Shown piece after piece: positions 30,203 to 42,555 of a DNA stretch of 64,000 bases. Origin of the DNA: the human T2T-CHM13v2.0 reference genome, Homo sapiens; assembly GCA_009914755.4 (NCBI GenBank), contig CP086569.2:12768001-12832000 (forward strand), read 5' to 3'. Below the pieces are notes generated by a model that saw nothing but the letters and a program-made list of their open reading frames with translations, was not told the DNA's origin and made no database searches. Numbering within the stretch: the first letter of the stretch is position 1; every line of letters begins with the position of its first letter. A program made the translations under genes and the position numbers.

Positions 30203-30706
30203 CTATGGCTGGGAATCTGAAGTAGGCAAGAGAAGATTAGCAGCCTGGTGAATTTCCTGTCTAGTCTGCTGGAGGACTGGAAGATAGTCACCTAGAGGGC
30301 TGGTGTCTGGGACAAAGTTGGGGCCAAGCAAGAAAATGCATCCATATAAAAGTTCAAAGGGACTGTACCCTGTAGCATGATGAGAGCAAGCTCTAATTCT
30401 GAGAAGGACAAGAGGTAAAAGTACTGTCCAGTCCCTTTTAAGTTGGAGGCTGATCTTGGTGAGGTGTGTCTTTAAAAGACCATTAGTCCATTCTACCTTT
30501 CCTGAAGACTGAGGATGGTAAGGGATATGAAGTTTCCACTGAATAACAAGAGCCTGAGAAACTGCTTGGGTGATTTGACTAGTAAAGGCCAGTCCGTTAT
30601 CAGACTGTATAGAGGTGGTAAGGCCAAACCAAGGAATTATGACTGACAGAAGGGGAAAATTACCACAATGGCCTTCCCAGACCCTGTGGGAAGGGCCTGT
30701 ACCCAT
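30203..30706 (-). pseudogene. HERV-H pol remnant, integrase catalytic core
   Basis: ORF 30203-30706 contains SDNGLAFTSQITQAVSQALVIQWKLHIPYHPQSSGKVEWTNGLLKTHL, the retroviral integrase D,D35E core signature (DNGxxF ... HxPYxPQSxGxVERxN). Confidence 0.85.
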
Positions 30707-32196
30707 CCAGTGAAAGTATCTCCCAGACCAAGAGGTATTTTAGTTTCCTGAGTCAGGGCATGTGAGTAAAGTCAATTTGCCAGCCCTGGACAGGGGCAAA
30801 TTCTCGAGACTGATGTGTAGGGAAGGAATGGGGCCTGACAAATTCCTGAGGAGTAGTAGAATAGCAGATGGAACACTGAGAAGTGATTTTTTGAGGATAG
30901 ATTTTTATGATGGGAAGGAAAAGGGAGGTTTTAAGAGGCGGGTTAGTGGCTTGTAACTTACATGGAAGAGGTTATGAAACGACAGAATAGAGTGGGCCTG
31001 TGAGGCTGGAAGGAGATATTTTCTTTGGTCTAAGAATCATTTGCCTTGTGTGGGAAGAGATTGATAGGTGGAAGTTTCAGTGGTGGAGTAGGTGGGATTG
31101 ACTGATGAGAAGGAAAACTGGCCATGAGGGACAGAAATTGGAATACTAACTGCTTCTTTAGCTACCTTATCAGCATAAGTGTTTCCCTGAGCAATGGCAT
31201 CCGATGCCTTTTGATGGCCCTTGCAGTGAATGACTCCAGCTTCCTTTGGAAATAAAGCTGCCTTGAGAAGAGTTTTTATTAAAGAGGCATTAATGATGGA
31301 GGACCCTTGTGTAGTGAGGAAACCTCTCTCAGCCCATATAACAGAATGGTGGTGCAGGATGTGGAAGGCATATTTAGAGTCAGTATAAATATTGATATGC
31401 AGTCCCTTTGGAAGAGTGAGGCCCTGAGTTAAGGCAATGAGTTCGGCTTTCTGAGAGGTAGTGGAGGGGGCTAGAGTAGTAGCCTCAATGATAGATGTGG
31501 AAGATACTACAGCACAGTCTGCCTTTGCTGGTGAGTGGTGATTAGGCCTGATGGAAATGCCATTAATAAACCAAGTGTGATCAGGGTGAGGAACAGGAAA
31601 GAATGAAATATGGGGAAATCAACTGAATGCCAGGTGAATTACAGAGATACGGTCATGGGGGTCAGGTGTGGTATCAGGAATAATGCAGGAGGCCATATTG
31701 AAGTCCAGGCCAGGAACAATAGTAATTGTGGAAGACTCAACAAAGAGTGAGTATAGCTGAAGGAGCCAGGGAGCAGAAAGTATATGCATCAGGTGTGAGG
31801 AAGAAAATAGCTTTTGGAAGTTACGAGAACTGTAGAGAGTGAGTAGCATAGTTTGTGATTTTTGAGGGCCTCTAAAAGTACTAGGGCAGTGGCAGCTGCT
31901 GCATGGAGACATCATGGACAGACTAAAACAGTAAGGTCAAGTTGTTTGCACAAAAAGCCTACAGGGCATCATCCCAGCTCTTGCGTAAGAATTTTGACTT
32001 CATAGTCCTGCACTACAGCTGTGTGTAATGAAAAAGGGTTGGGATGAGTTAGAGAGAGCTAGTGTGGGAGTAGCTTTAGGGCTGTTTTTAAGGAATGGAA
32101 AGAGGAGTGGTGACAGGATTTAGGATCTATGGCGTCAGCTAGGTTTGCTTTTGTGAGTTTATATAATGATTTATTCAGGATAGTAAAACAAGGTAT

Positions 32197-32851
32197 TTAA
32201 AGGCAGAAGAAGCTAACCATCCCTAGGAAGGAAAGGAGTTGTTGTTTTGTAGTAGGGGTAGGTGTTTGGGAGATTAGCCAGACATGATCATCAGGGAGAG
32301 CACGTGTGTTCTTATGAAGAATTATGCCAAGATATATAATGGATAAGGAAGAAATTTGAGCTTGACTGAAGAAATGGGGGCTGTCCATGAAGCCTTGCAG
32401 CAGAACAGCCCAACTAATTTGCTGAGCCTGATGGGTGTCAAGGTCAGTCCAGGTGAAAGTGAAGAAAGACTGGGATGAAGCATGCAAAGGAATAGTAAAG
32501 AAAGCATGTTTGAGACCCAGAATGGAATAATGGGTTATGGAGGTATTGTGAAGGGAGGTATTGAGGATAGGAGAATATATGGGTTTGGCACCATGGGGTG
32601 GATAGGCAAAATAATTTGGTTGATAAGGTGCAGATCTTGAACTAAAGTGTAAGACTTGTCTGGTTTTTGGACAGGTAAAATGGAGAATTGTAAGGAGAGT
32701 TTATAGGCTTTAAAAGTCCATGCTGTAACAGGAGAGTGATAACTGGCTTTAATCCTTTTAGAGCTTGCTGTGGGATGGGATATTGGCATTGAGTAGGGTA
32801 AGAGTGATTAGGTGTTAACGGGATGGTAAGGGGTGCATGATTGGTCACCAA
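32197..32851 (-). pseudogene. HERV-H pol remnant, N-terminal reverse transcriptase region, with frameshifts
   Basis: ORF 32535-32789 (...LVQDLHLINQIILPIHPMVPNPYILLSSIPP...) matches the conserved gamma/ERV1 RT N-terminus (VQDLRxINxxVxPxHPxVPNPYTLLS). ORF 32197-32487 continues (...YLGIILHK...). Confidence 0.75.
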
Positions 32852-35080
32852 GGAGGGAGTAGAGGTGTCGCATACCTGTGGATTAAGGTGGGGAGGTAAA
32901 AGGGGAGGATGGGAAGGAGGCTTTGAACTGGGGAAAAGGGCAGCAGTGAGGTGTGGCTGTAGCCTAGGAATAGACAGGGTAGCAGATAATTTTGTTAAAA
33001 TGTCTCAACCTAATAAGGGAACTGGGCAGGTCGGGATAAGTAAAAATGAGTGCATTAAAGAATGTTGTCCAAGTTGGCACCAGAGTTGGGGAGTTTTACA
33101 TGCTTTAGAAGCCTCACCATCAATACCCACAACAGTTATGGAGGCAAAGGAAACAGGCTTTTGAAAGGAAGGTAATGTGGAGTTGGTAGCCTCTGTATTG
33201 ATTAAGAAGGCAATGGACTTACTCTGTACTGTAAGTTACTGAAAGCAACTTTGATGGTCCAGGGAGCTTCCCAGGTGATCGGGCAGCCTCAGTCTTCAGT
33301 GGCTAAGCTGAGAAGATCTGGGAAGGAGTCAGTCAGAGAGCCTTGGACCAGAGTTCCAGGGGCTCTGGGAGTGGCTGCCAAATGAGTTGGACAGTCCAAT
33401 TTCCAGTGGGGTCCCACACAGATGGGACACAGCTTAGGAGGAATCCCAGGCTATGGGCATTCCATGGCCCAGTGGCCAGATTTCTGTCACTTGAAGCAAG
33501 ATCCTGATGAAGTAGGTCCTGTAGGAATGTTGACTGCTGTGGCTCAGGCATTTAGAAGTTTTTGTATGCCAGAGGTGCGGCTGGGTTTTGTCTCACATCA
33601 GAGGGAAATAATTGCAACTCAGAAATGTGTTGCAGTCTGGTTGCCTCCTCTCTATTATTGTACACCTAGAAGACGAGTTTGATTAATTCCCGTTGTTGGG
33701 TTTGAGGGCTGGATTCTAATTTTTGAACCTTTTTTTAAATGTCAGGAGCTGACTGGGTGATAAAATGCATATTGAGAATAAGGCGGCCTTCTGGCCACTC
33801 TGGGTCTAGGGCAGTAAAGTGTCTAAGGGTTGCTGCCAAACAGGCCATGAACTGGGCTGGGTTTTTATATTTGATGAAAAAGAGCCTAAACACTTACTGA
33901 TTTGGGAGAGGATGGATAAGAAAAAGGAACATTAACCTTGACTATGCCTTTAGCTCCATCCACCTCTTTAAGAGGAAATGATTGGGCAGGTGAGGGAAGG
34001 CTAGTTGCAGAACAAAACTGTAAGCCAGACCAGGTGTGAGGAGGGGAGGTGATAGAAGGATTATAGGGTGGGGGAGTGGAGGCTGAGGAAGAATTGGAGC
34101 CTGATTCAGGCTGGTGGGGAGTGACCTGAGGAGGAGCAGTCTGGGGAAGAGGTGAGAGGTCAGATGGGTCGGTAGAAAAGGAAGATTGAAAAGACTAATT
34201 GACACTTGGGGTTGGACTGAGGGGACAGGCAGGAGGGAAAGAAGGATGATTTGGGACAAGCCACACTGGCAACAGAGTAGGGAGGGACCGATGTGTAAAA
34301 TAATGCCTGGATGTCAGGCTCCACAGACCATTTGCCCATTTTATGACAAGAATTATCTAGATTTTGTAGGATGGAGAAATTGAAAGTGCTGTCTTCTGGC
34401 TATGGAACCATTGTCGAGTTTGTATTGGGGTCAAGTGGTGTTTTGGAAGAAAATAAAGCATTTAGGTTTCAGGTCAGGTGTGAGTTGAAGAGGTTTTAAG
34501 TTCTTGAGAACACAGGCTAAGGGCAAAGAGGGAGGAATGGAGGGTTGAAGTTTGCCCATAGTGAAAGAGGCAAGCCCAGAGAAAAGAGAGGGTAGAGATA
34601 TGGAGAGAAGGGGTGGTGGGTACTTGCCCCCCAGGAAAGTGGTACTTGTCACTAAGGTGGAGGATCAAGGTAAGTGCCCCTGGGGTGATCAGACGCCTCT
34701 GAAATGTGGGTGAATAATCAGACAAGTGTCCCCACAGTGATTAAACACCAAGGGAAGACTGTCTTCCTGAGTCCATGACCAGCGCCAGAGTTTTGGGTTC
34801 ACAGATAAAACATGTCTCCTCTGTCTCTGCCAGAAAAGAAAGGAATTGAAATTAAGAGAAGGGAGAGATTGAATGGTGATGCCAAGATTGAAAGGAGAAA
34901 GAGGTTTAGGGATAGTGAGAGAGGTTGTAGAAGAGAGTAAAAAGAGGCCGCTTACCCTATTTAAAATTGGTGAGACGTTCCTTAGGCTAGTTGGTCTTAG
35001 GACCAGAGGTTGTAGGTGGATCTTTCTCACAGAGCAAACAGCAGGAGGACAGGGGTTTGACCTCCCAAGGGAGGTCCCCT

Positions 35081-35101
35081 GATCTGAGTCACAGCACCAA
35101 A
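35081..35101 (-). other. Primer binding site complementary to the tRNA-His 3' end (HERV-H type)
   Basis: The reverse complement of 35081-35101 is tttggtgctgtgactcagatc, matching the canonical HERV-H PBS TGGTGCCGTGACTCGGATC with about 3 mismatches, immediately internal to the 5' LTR. Confidence 0.7.
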
Positions 35102-35574
35102 TGTCACATGCATCTGTGTAAAGAGACCACTAAACAGTCTTTGTGTGAGCAATAAAGCTTTTTAACCACCTGGGTGCAGGTAGGCTGTGTCCGGGTTTCA
35201 GCACCAAATGTCATGTGCATCCATGTGAAGAGACCACCAAACAGACTTTGTGTTAGCAATAAAGCTTTTTAACCACCTGGGTGCAGGCGGGCTGAGTCTG
35301 AAAAGAGAGTCAGTGAAGGGAGATGGGGTGGGGCTGTTTTATAGGATTTGGGTAGGTAATGCAAAATTACAGTCAAAGGGTGTTGTTCTCTGGCAGGCAG
35401 GGGTGGGGGTCACCAGGTGCTCAGTGGGGGAGCCTCTGAACCAGGAGAAGGAGTTTCACAAGGTAATGTCATCAGTTAAGGCAGGAACTGGCCATTTTCA
35501 TCTCTTTTGTGATTCTTCACTTGCTTCAGGCCACCTGGTTGTATAAGTGCAGGCTTGGGCTCAGAGGCCTGACA
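35102..35574 (-). mobile_element. HERV-H 5' LTR (LTR7 family), including a roughly 105-bp tandem duplication of the U5 end (35102-35205 versus 35206-35310)
   Basis: Two successive copies read cagcaccaaatgtca[c/t]atgcatc[tg/ca]tgt[a]aagagaccac[t/c]aaacag[t/a]ctttgtgt[g/t]agcaataaagctttttaaccacctgggtgcaggt/cgggct. The rest of the LTR follows to ggcctgaca at 35574. Confidence 0.85.
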
Positions 35575-37466
35575 TGAAGTACAATCTAGATATCTCTTAT
35601 CTTCCCCCAAAAGAGTTTTTTTGTTGTTGTCTTTGAAAGCCTGGAACAGAGATAATTAATATGCAAAGACAGATAATGTCAGTTTTCTAAGAATTTCCAA
35701 AAGTCACCAAGCCTATGAAAAGCAGAACCATTCCTGAAAACACATGTTCAAAATGTTGGAAAAAGAATTATAATAGATTCCAGAAGAAGTCAGAAGAATC
35801 CCCCATGAGCAAAACAAGCCTGTTCAGCTGCTCAGCCTGCATGTGGGACGCAGTTTTATTTCTCTGGATGTCAGCATTTCTCTGCACATAGGCCTAGCTG
35901 CAAAAGACATTTCCACCCTCAGCTGGATGAAGGGGCCAGACCACATTGTAGGACATCTCCTCCAGATACTCTGGCCACTGTCCTGGGTGTTCAGTGTGTG
36001 GTCAACAGTCAGTCTTCCTGGACAAGGAAAAGGAGAGAGACAGTGTGACCTAGCGAGGTGATAGCAGGGAGGAGTCCCACAGAAGATGGTTACAGACTCT
36101 TCTTTCCTGAAGGAACACAGCTAGGTTGAGATTTTACCTAGTGGTCTGTTGGTTTCTCAGAGGCCAATGGAAATGTTGCAGGTGAGAATTTAGCTGCTGC
36201 TGGAGGGAGCAAGTTTCTGGAGAGGAAATTGGCCTCCCTTGTGGGGGATAAAGGATGGAAGGAAATGGATCAGAAGTCCCAGGGGCTGGCTGAGGAAGAA
36301 GAACTCTAACAGCAGGGCAGGAAATCTGCAGTCAGAATTGCAGTTGGTTTCTCCATTATCTCCTCTCTCTTCCTACTCTTGTTCTATCACTTCCTTGGCC
36401 CCAAAGCATCTCTGCCCATCTTTTCCCATCCTTCCCTCCCATGCCCTCTCCTCCCACAGTGCTTGCTCAACATTCTACCCATCCTTGCCTTTCCTTCTCA
36501 GAAAAACACTTGTTATGGTTATTTCTTGATGACATGTTAAACAAAGGTGGATTATTCATGCCTCCCCTTTTTAGATAATATAGGGTAACTTCTGGAGGTT
36601 GCCATGGCATTTGTAAACTGTCATGGCACTAGTAGGAGTGCAGCAGTGAGGACAAGTAGAGGTCTCTCTCGTGGCCATCTTGAGTTTGGTGGGATTTGGC
36701 TGACTTCTTTACAGTAAACTGTTTCATCAGCAAGGTCTTTATAACCTGTGTCTTGCGCTGACCTTCCATCTCCTCCTGTGACTTCTAAGTCTGGGAATAC
36801 AGCCCAGTAGTTCTCAGCCTCATTTTATCTAGCTCCTATTCAAAATTGATTTGCACTGGGTCACATACCTCTGATAGACTGTAGAAAGTTGAAAAGTTCC
36901 TTTTCAAAGCTCATATTGGTTTAAAAATGAAATAATAGATGTTAGAAATAATAGTTCCTTACTCTAAAGCTTCCTATCAACTATTAGTTCTTATGCTTTA
37001 GCCCAGTTAATTGCTTTGGCTTAGTCAGGCATGACCAGACAGGCACAGGCAAATCTTAGTTTATAGCTTATGTCCCTTCCTTATTTGAAAATGTTATTGT
37101 TTCCTTAAACCTTTGTAAGCAACTTCCTCTCCTACTTTGTCCTCCCTTGCACTTACCTGTTTAGGAAAGTTTTAGGCTATTAGCAAACTGGGTATCAGTT
37201 TAAGACTGTGAGGTCCACCTCCAGCCAGTGGACGCAGGACACAGCAGTAAAGACAACCCAAATGTGTAAGGGTTAAATATGTCTGCTTTTTCTTTGCAAA
37301 CGTGCTCTTGCCATTATTCCATCTGTGATTGAACACCCTTTCTTCAGAAAGTAAAAATTGCCTTGCTGAGAGATCCTTTTTCTCCATGCTGACTTTTCTT
37401 TATGGTGCTAATTATCTATTTCTAAACAGACTTATCCTCGGTGAAGTGTCAAGACTTCACAGCTGA

Positions 37467-37590
37467 AGGTTGCCTGTTCACTCTGATGGTAGTTTCTTTT
37501 GCTGTGCAGAAGCTCTTTAGTTTAATTAGATCTCATTTGTCAATTTTGGCTTTTGTTGCCATTGCTTTTGGTGCTTTAGACATGAAGTCC
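37467..37590 (-). mobile_element. Short inverted L1 ORF2 segment at the 5' junction of the following L1
   Basis: The reverse complement reads catgggcaaggacttcatgtctaaagcaccaaaagcaatggcaacaaaagccaaaattgacaaatgagatctaattaaactaaagagcttctgcacagcaaaagaaactaccatcagagtgaacaggcaacc. In L1 this is the ORF2 segment immediately upstream of the plus-oriented part. Confidence 0.75.
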
Positions 37591-38550
37591 TTGCCCATGA
37601 ATGGGAGAAAATTTTTGCAATCTACTCATCTGAAAAAGAGCTAATATCCAGAATCTACAATGAACTCAAACAAATTTACAAGAAAAAAAACAACCCCATC
37701 AAAAAGTGGGCAAAGGATACGAACAGACACTTCTCCAAAGAAGATATTTATGCAGCCAAAAGACACATGAAAAAATGCTCATCATCACTGGCCATCAGAG
37801 AAATGCAAATCAAAACCACAATGAGATACCATCTCACACCAGTTACAATGGCCATCATTAAAAAGTCGGGAAACAACAGGTGCTGGAGAGGATGTGGAGA
37901 AATAGGAATACTTTTACACTGTTGGTGGAACTGTAAACTAGTTCAACCATTGTGGAAGTCAGTGTGGCATTTCCTCAGGGAACTAGAACTAGAAATACCA
38001 TTTGACCCAGCCATCCCATTACTGGGTATATACCAAAAGGATTATAAAACATGCTGCTATAAAGACACATACACACATATATTTATTGTGGCACTATTCA
38101 CTATAGGAAAGACTTGGAACCAACCCAAATGTCCATCAGTGATAGACTGGATAAAGAAAATGTGGCACATATACACCATGGAATACTATGCAGCCATAAA
38201 AATTGATGAGTTCATGCCCTTTGTAGGGACATGGATGAAGCTGGAAACCATCATTCTCAGCAAACTATTGCAAGGACAAAAAACCACACACTGCATGTTC
38301 TCACTCATAGGTGGGAATTGAACAATGAGAACACATGGACACAGGAAGGGGAACATCACACACTGGGGACTGTTGTGGGATGGGGGGAGGGGGGAGGGTT
38401 AGCATTAGGAGATATACCTAATGTTAAATGAAGAGTTAATGGGTGCAGCACACCACCATGGCACATGTATACATACGTAACAAACCTGCACATTGTGCAC
38501 ATGTACCCTAAAACTTAAAGTATAATTTAAAAAAAAAAGAAAGAAAAAAA
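37590..38550 (+). mobile_element. L1 (young L1PA-like) 3' about 0.95 kb: ORF2 C-terminus, 3'UTR and poly-A
   Basis: gagaaaatttttgcaatctactcatctgaaaaagagctaatatccagaatctacaatgaactcaaacaaatttacaagaaaaaaaacaaccccatcaaaaagtgggcaaagga...gggtgcagcacaccaccatggcacatgtatacatacgtaacaaacctgcacattgtgcacatgtaccctaaaacttaaagtataat then A-rich. ORF 37767-38321 is the ORF2 C-terminus. Confidence 0.9.
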
Positions 38551-38874
38551 GAATTCACAGCTGAGTAGAGAGGTTGTGTGGACTTAGGAAATGTTTCTGG
38601 GCAGCTTAAAGGAGCCAGAATAAATGGCCCCCAAATTGCCCTGAGACTCGGGGCTGGCTTTTGAGCCCCTGAGTAATGTTGAACAGATTTTTGCATAGAG
38701 ATCAATGTCGTCACTTCTTCAGGTTGGTCAAAGGTGAGGAGGATTAGAGGATGAATGCATTTCAAGTCAGAGTCACAGCTCTGGAAGTTTTAATCCTATG
38801 AACCTTTAATCTAACTAAGGCAACAGACCCTATTGCTTTAAGACACGGCTCTGAACCCCAATGTTCATGTATGT

Positions 38875-39715
38875 GCTAGTCTTCTGGGGCTGCCATAATG
38901 AAGTCCCACAGAATGGGTGGCTTAAACAAAAGGGATTTGTTTTGTCAGGGTCTTGGAGCCTGGAAGTCCCATATGAAGGTGTGGGCAGGGCTGGTTCCTC
39001 GTGAGGCGTCTCTCCTTGGCTTGTAGATGCCATCTTCTCCACGTGTCCTCATGTGATCATCCCTTTGTGTGTGTCTTTTTTCCAATCTCCTCTTCTTACA
39101 GGATGCCTTAGTCCATTTTAGGCTGCTGTAATGGAATACCATAGGTTAGGTGGTTTTTAAACAATAGACATTTCTTCTCTCACAGTCCTGGAGACTGGAA
39201 GACTGAGATCCAGTTGTGGGCATGGCTGGTTCCTCCTTAGGCATCTCTCCTGGGCTTGTAGACACCATCTTCTCCCTGTGTCCTCACAGAGTTATTCCTC
39301 TGTGTGGGTCTGTGTCCTCATCTCCTCATCTTATGAGGTGTCTTAGTCCATTTCAGGCTGCGATTACAGAATCCCATAGACTGAGTGGCTTGTAAACAAC
39401 AGACATTGATTCTCCCACAGTCCTGGAGGCTGGAAGTCCAAGATCAAGGTGTGGGCAGGGGTGGTTAGTCCTGAGTCCTCTTTCCTGGGCTTGGAGACAC
39501 CATCTTCTCCCTGCATCCTCCCAGGGTTGTCCTTCTGTGTGTGTCTGTGTCCTCATCTCCTCTTCTTAAAGGACCCCAGTCATATTGAATTAGGGCCCAA
39601 TCTAATAACCTCATTTTACTTTAATTACCTCTTTAGATACCCCATTTTCAGATATAGTCACACTTTGAGGGTTAGGGCTTCAACATATAAATTTTGGAGG
39701 GACTCAATTCAGCCC
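38875..39715 (-). mobile_element. MaLR LTR composite block E, minus orientation. Read on the minus strand it is one full unit (39715 down to 39340) followed by two 3'-partial units (39340-39103, 39103-38875), the same architecture as blocks A and C inverted
   Basis: The plus strand shows three successive ...gtcttagtccatttcaggctgc[tg]attacagaatcccatagactgagtggcttgtaaacaacagacattgattctcccacagtcctggaggctggaagtcc...ctcctcttcttaaagg units. The last continues into ...cccaatctaataacctcattttactttaattacctctttagataccccattttcagatatagtcacactttgagggttagggcttcaacatataaattttggaggg, the reverse complement of the LTR 5' half. Confidence 0.8.
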
Positions 39716-39934
39716 ATTGCAGTGGACTAATGCCAGCTCAGTACTTCCCAAGCTCTGCAACCCTGGTTCGTTGTATGCATTCTCAAAGCCCCTTTTTCCT
39801 TATTTGTAAAATGAGATTACTCATGTCAATGAATTTAACTCCATAAAACTGTTTGGAAAATTCCTGGATATTAGCAAATGCTCAATATATGTTAGCCTTT
39901 ATTACATTATTAATCAATATCTTCCACCACTTAC

Positions 39935-40570
39935 ACGAGCTTGGTGGGAATGTAAATTAATACAATCTCTGTAGAAAACAGTATGGAGATTTCTCAGAGA
40001 GCTAAAAATAGAGCTACCATTTCATCCAGCAATCCTACTACTGGGTATCTACCCAAAGGAAAATAGATCATTATATCAAAAAGATACTTGCACTCATATA
40101 TGTTTATCACAGCACTATTGACAATAGGTAAGTCATGGAATCAACCTAAGTGTCCATCATTGTAGGACTGAATAAAGAAAATGTGGTACACATATATTAT
40201 GGAATACTATTCAGCCACAAAAAAGAATGAAATCATGTCTTTTGCAGCAACACAGATGGAATTGGAGGCTACTATCTTAAAGTGAAATAACTCAGAAACT
40301 GAAAGTCAAATGCTGCATGATCTCTCTAGTAAGTGGAAGCTAAATAATGTGTGCACATGTACATGAAGATGAAAATAATAGATACTGGGGACTCCAAAAA
40401 GGGTGAAGGTGGGAGGGGAGTGAGGGTTGAAAAACTACCTGTTGGGTACAATGTTCACTGTTTGGGTGATGGGTTCACTAGAAGCTGAACCTCACCTTTG
40501 CATAATATATCCATAAAAGAAACACAAACATGCACCACCTGAATTTAAAAAATTATAAAGGCAAAAAAAA
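39935..40570 (+). mobile_element. L1 3' end (older L1M/L1P-type), plus orientation
   Basis: ttggtgggaatgtaaattaatacaatctctgtagaaaacagtatggagatttctcagagagctaaaaatagagctaccatttcatccagcaatcctactactgggtatctacccaaaggaaaat...gggttgaaaaactacctgttgggtacaatgttcactgtttgggtgatgggttcactagaagc... with an A-rich end. Confidence 0.85.
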
Positions 40571-42555
40571 CCCCACAATATTGTATTTTAGTTTGTTTCT
40601 TTTTGAAAACATAGTTAGATGCTTTTTCCTAAAATGTCACTGGATTTCAAAAACTTACCACACACAGAAAAAATAAAAAATTCTTCCAAATGCAAGTAAG
40701 TCAGCTTCTTCCTGGTGAAACAAGCTTCTACCTGGTGAAAGAAGCTTTCTCATTGGAATTTTCCTTGTAGCTATCTATCCGGAGAAGAGTTTTGGTGTAT
40801 GATATGGTTTGGATCTATGTCCCCATTCAAATCTCTTGTTGAATTGTAGTCCCCACTGACTGCATGGTCGCATCCCCTGGAGGGTTTAAAAAAGAATCCA
40901 GTGGCAGGTTCTGCTCCTGGAGATTGTGACTTACGTGCGGTGGGCTGGGGCACAGCTCCTCAGTGTGGTCCATAGGCTCATAGCATCAGCACCACGTGGG
41001 AGCTGTTGGAAATGCAGAATTTTGGGTCCTAGCCCCAACCTCCCACACCAGAATCTTCATTTTAACAAGATCCATATATACATTGAAGTTTCTGAAGCAT
41101 TGGTTGTGGGTGATGTCTCATATCTTTCTAGTTTGCTTTTTCTTTATGAATAAAGCCATACATACTGAAATTAGAAAGTATAAATTTTATATTAGGACAC
41201 CCTTCACAGGCAATCCATCCATGAAACACATTCACCTCAGAAACTCTTCATATGCCTAAATATGACATACACACTTAATGTTTGAAAAAAGATTTATTTA
41301 GTGGCTACTTGCTCTCATAGGCCTTTAATTTAATGCTGGATAAATTTGGAGCCAAAAAGGAAACTTAAACCTCCTTTAAAGTAAATTCTCCACCTGCTCA
41401 TCATTTTTTGTTGTTGCTGTTAATTCTAAACCAAAGCTAAGCCCCCAAAGAATGTCTCCTCTAATTCCAGGGGCACCATGTGGTATCTTAGAAAGAAATT
41501 ATATGTTAACAATTTGCAACCACAGATTCCCAGATAACCAGTAACTGGAAGAATAGGCATAACTCACAAAGAATGAAGAAAAATGGAGATGTTCTTTCAG
41601 CAAAAGCTTTATTTTTTTATTTTGGAAATTGGCTTCCTTATTTTGGCATTTTTCTTTCTAGATGTGGAGCAGCAGAATGATGGCTGCTTGTCACGTGCTT
41701 CATTCAATTTTAAATGCTTCTGATCATAATATTTGTGTTTAACCACCACTATTTTCTTCTTTTAATCTACCTGCATAATGACAGCTCAAATATGCATTTG
41801 CTCTAAATTGTTGCAGTTTTCAAGGTCTTCGCTAAAATTATGTAAGTAGGTACACTTGCTCTTCTTTATTGGTTACTTTAAGAAGATAACAGTCTTAGGC
41901 ACTGACATACTATAAATCATGTTTATCTTCTTTTCCATTCACCTCTCTTCCCTTTGGAATAACCATGCATCATTTGCCTACTCAGTTAAAATGCTATATG
42001 CTTGCACTGATGGCATATTCTGTTATAGTAAAATAAATGCAGATTTTTCTTCTGTAAGAAGAGTTCAAATAAAAACATCTTTAAAAATGTCGATTTTTTT
42101 CCCCTTGGTATATAGTTGGATAAAAATCCAGAGGGTTTATAGATCACCAGAGGTTACTTCTGACTTCAGAGTCAAAATAAGGAAGTTTGAATCTTTTGAA
42201 TTAATGTCACTTTTATTTCCCAAATGTGAGTCATGTAATAGTTTGCAAATGCAAAGAAATGTATTCCAAAACCACCAGAAAACATGAAGCTGCAAGTGAT
42301 CAAAGGAGGATAAGATTAATACTTTAGCATACCATATGTTGATGAATTTCTAAAAATACATTCTGTCTGCATTTCTAATTTCAAATAAAATCTTCTGTTT
42401 CCTGTGGGCACAAGGGATCATCTGTGAATCTTCTGACCCAGGGAAGAAGGAAGACGCAGCTCATGGCTAAAGCTCAGGAATCTCACTTGACCTTGTTAGC
42501 AGTTCCTAACAAAGTGGGATTTGAAGAAAACAGGAAAGTCATCCCAGTAATATAT

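Larger units (their letters stand above)
27388..35574 (-). mobile_element. HERV-H provirus (LTR7-like LTRs plus HERVH internal region), near full length at about 8.2 kb, minus orientation, flanked by a 5-bp target-site duplication TGAAG
   Basis: LTRs at both ends share ...ggcttgggctcagaggcctgaca (reverse complement of the LTR7 start TGTCAGGCCTCTGAGCCCAAGC) and ...catccatgtgaagagaccaccaaacag (reverse complement of the LTR7 end). Flanks read actgaag|tgccatg... at 27383-27387 and ...cctgaca|tgaagtac at 35575-35579. Internal ORFs match retroviral RT, integrase and env TM. Confidence 0.9.

Noticed and set aside
35102-35310. Possible third LTR, which would make the HERV-H structure LTR-LTR-internal
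   Set aside because: Only the last roughly 105 bp of U5 plus 10 nt of the primer binding site are repeated, not a whole LTR. It is a local tandem duplication at the U5/PBS junction.
37767-38321. 184-aa ORF ([26 protein letters not shown]...)
   Set aside because: This is the C-terminal part of L1 ORF2p inside a 5'-truncated L1 and cannot be expressed as a functional protein. Likewise 2183-2380 is an L1 ORF1 N-terminus, and 3253-3486 and 3843-4100 are L1 RT fragments.
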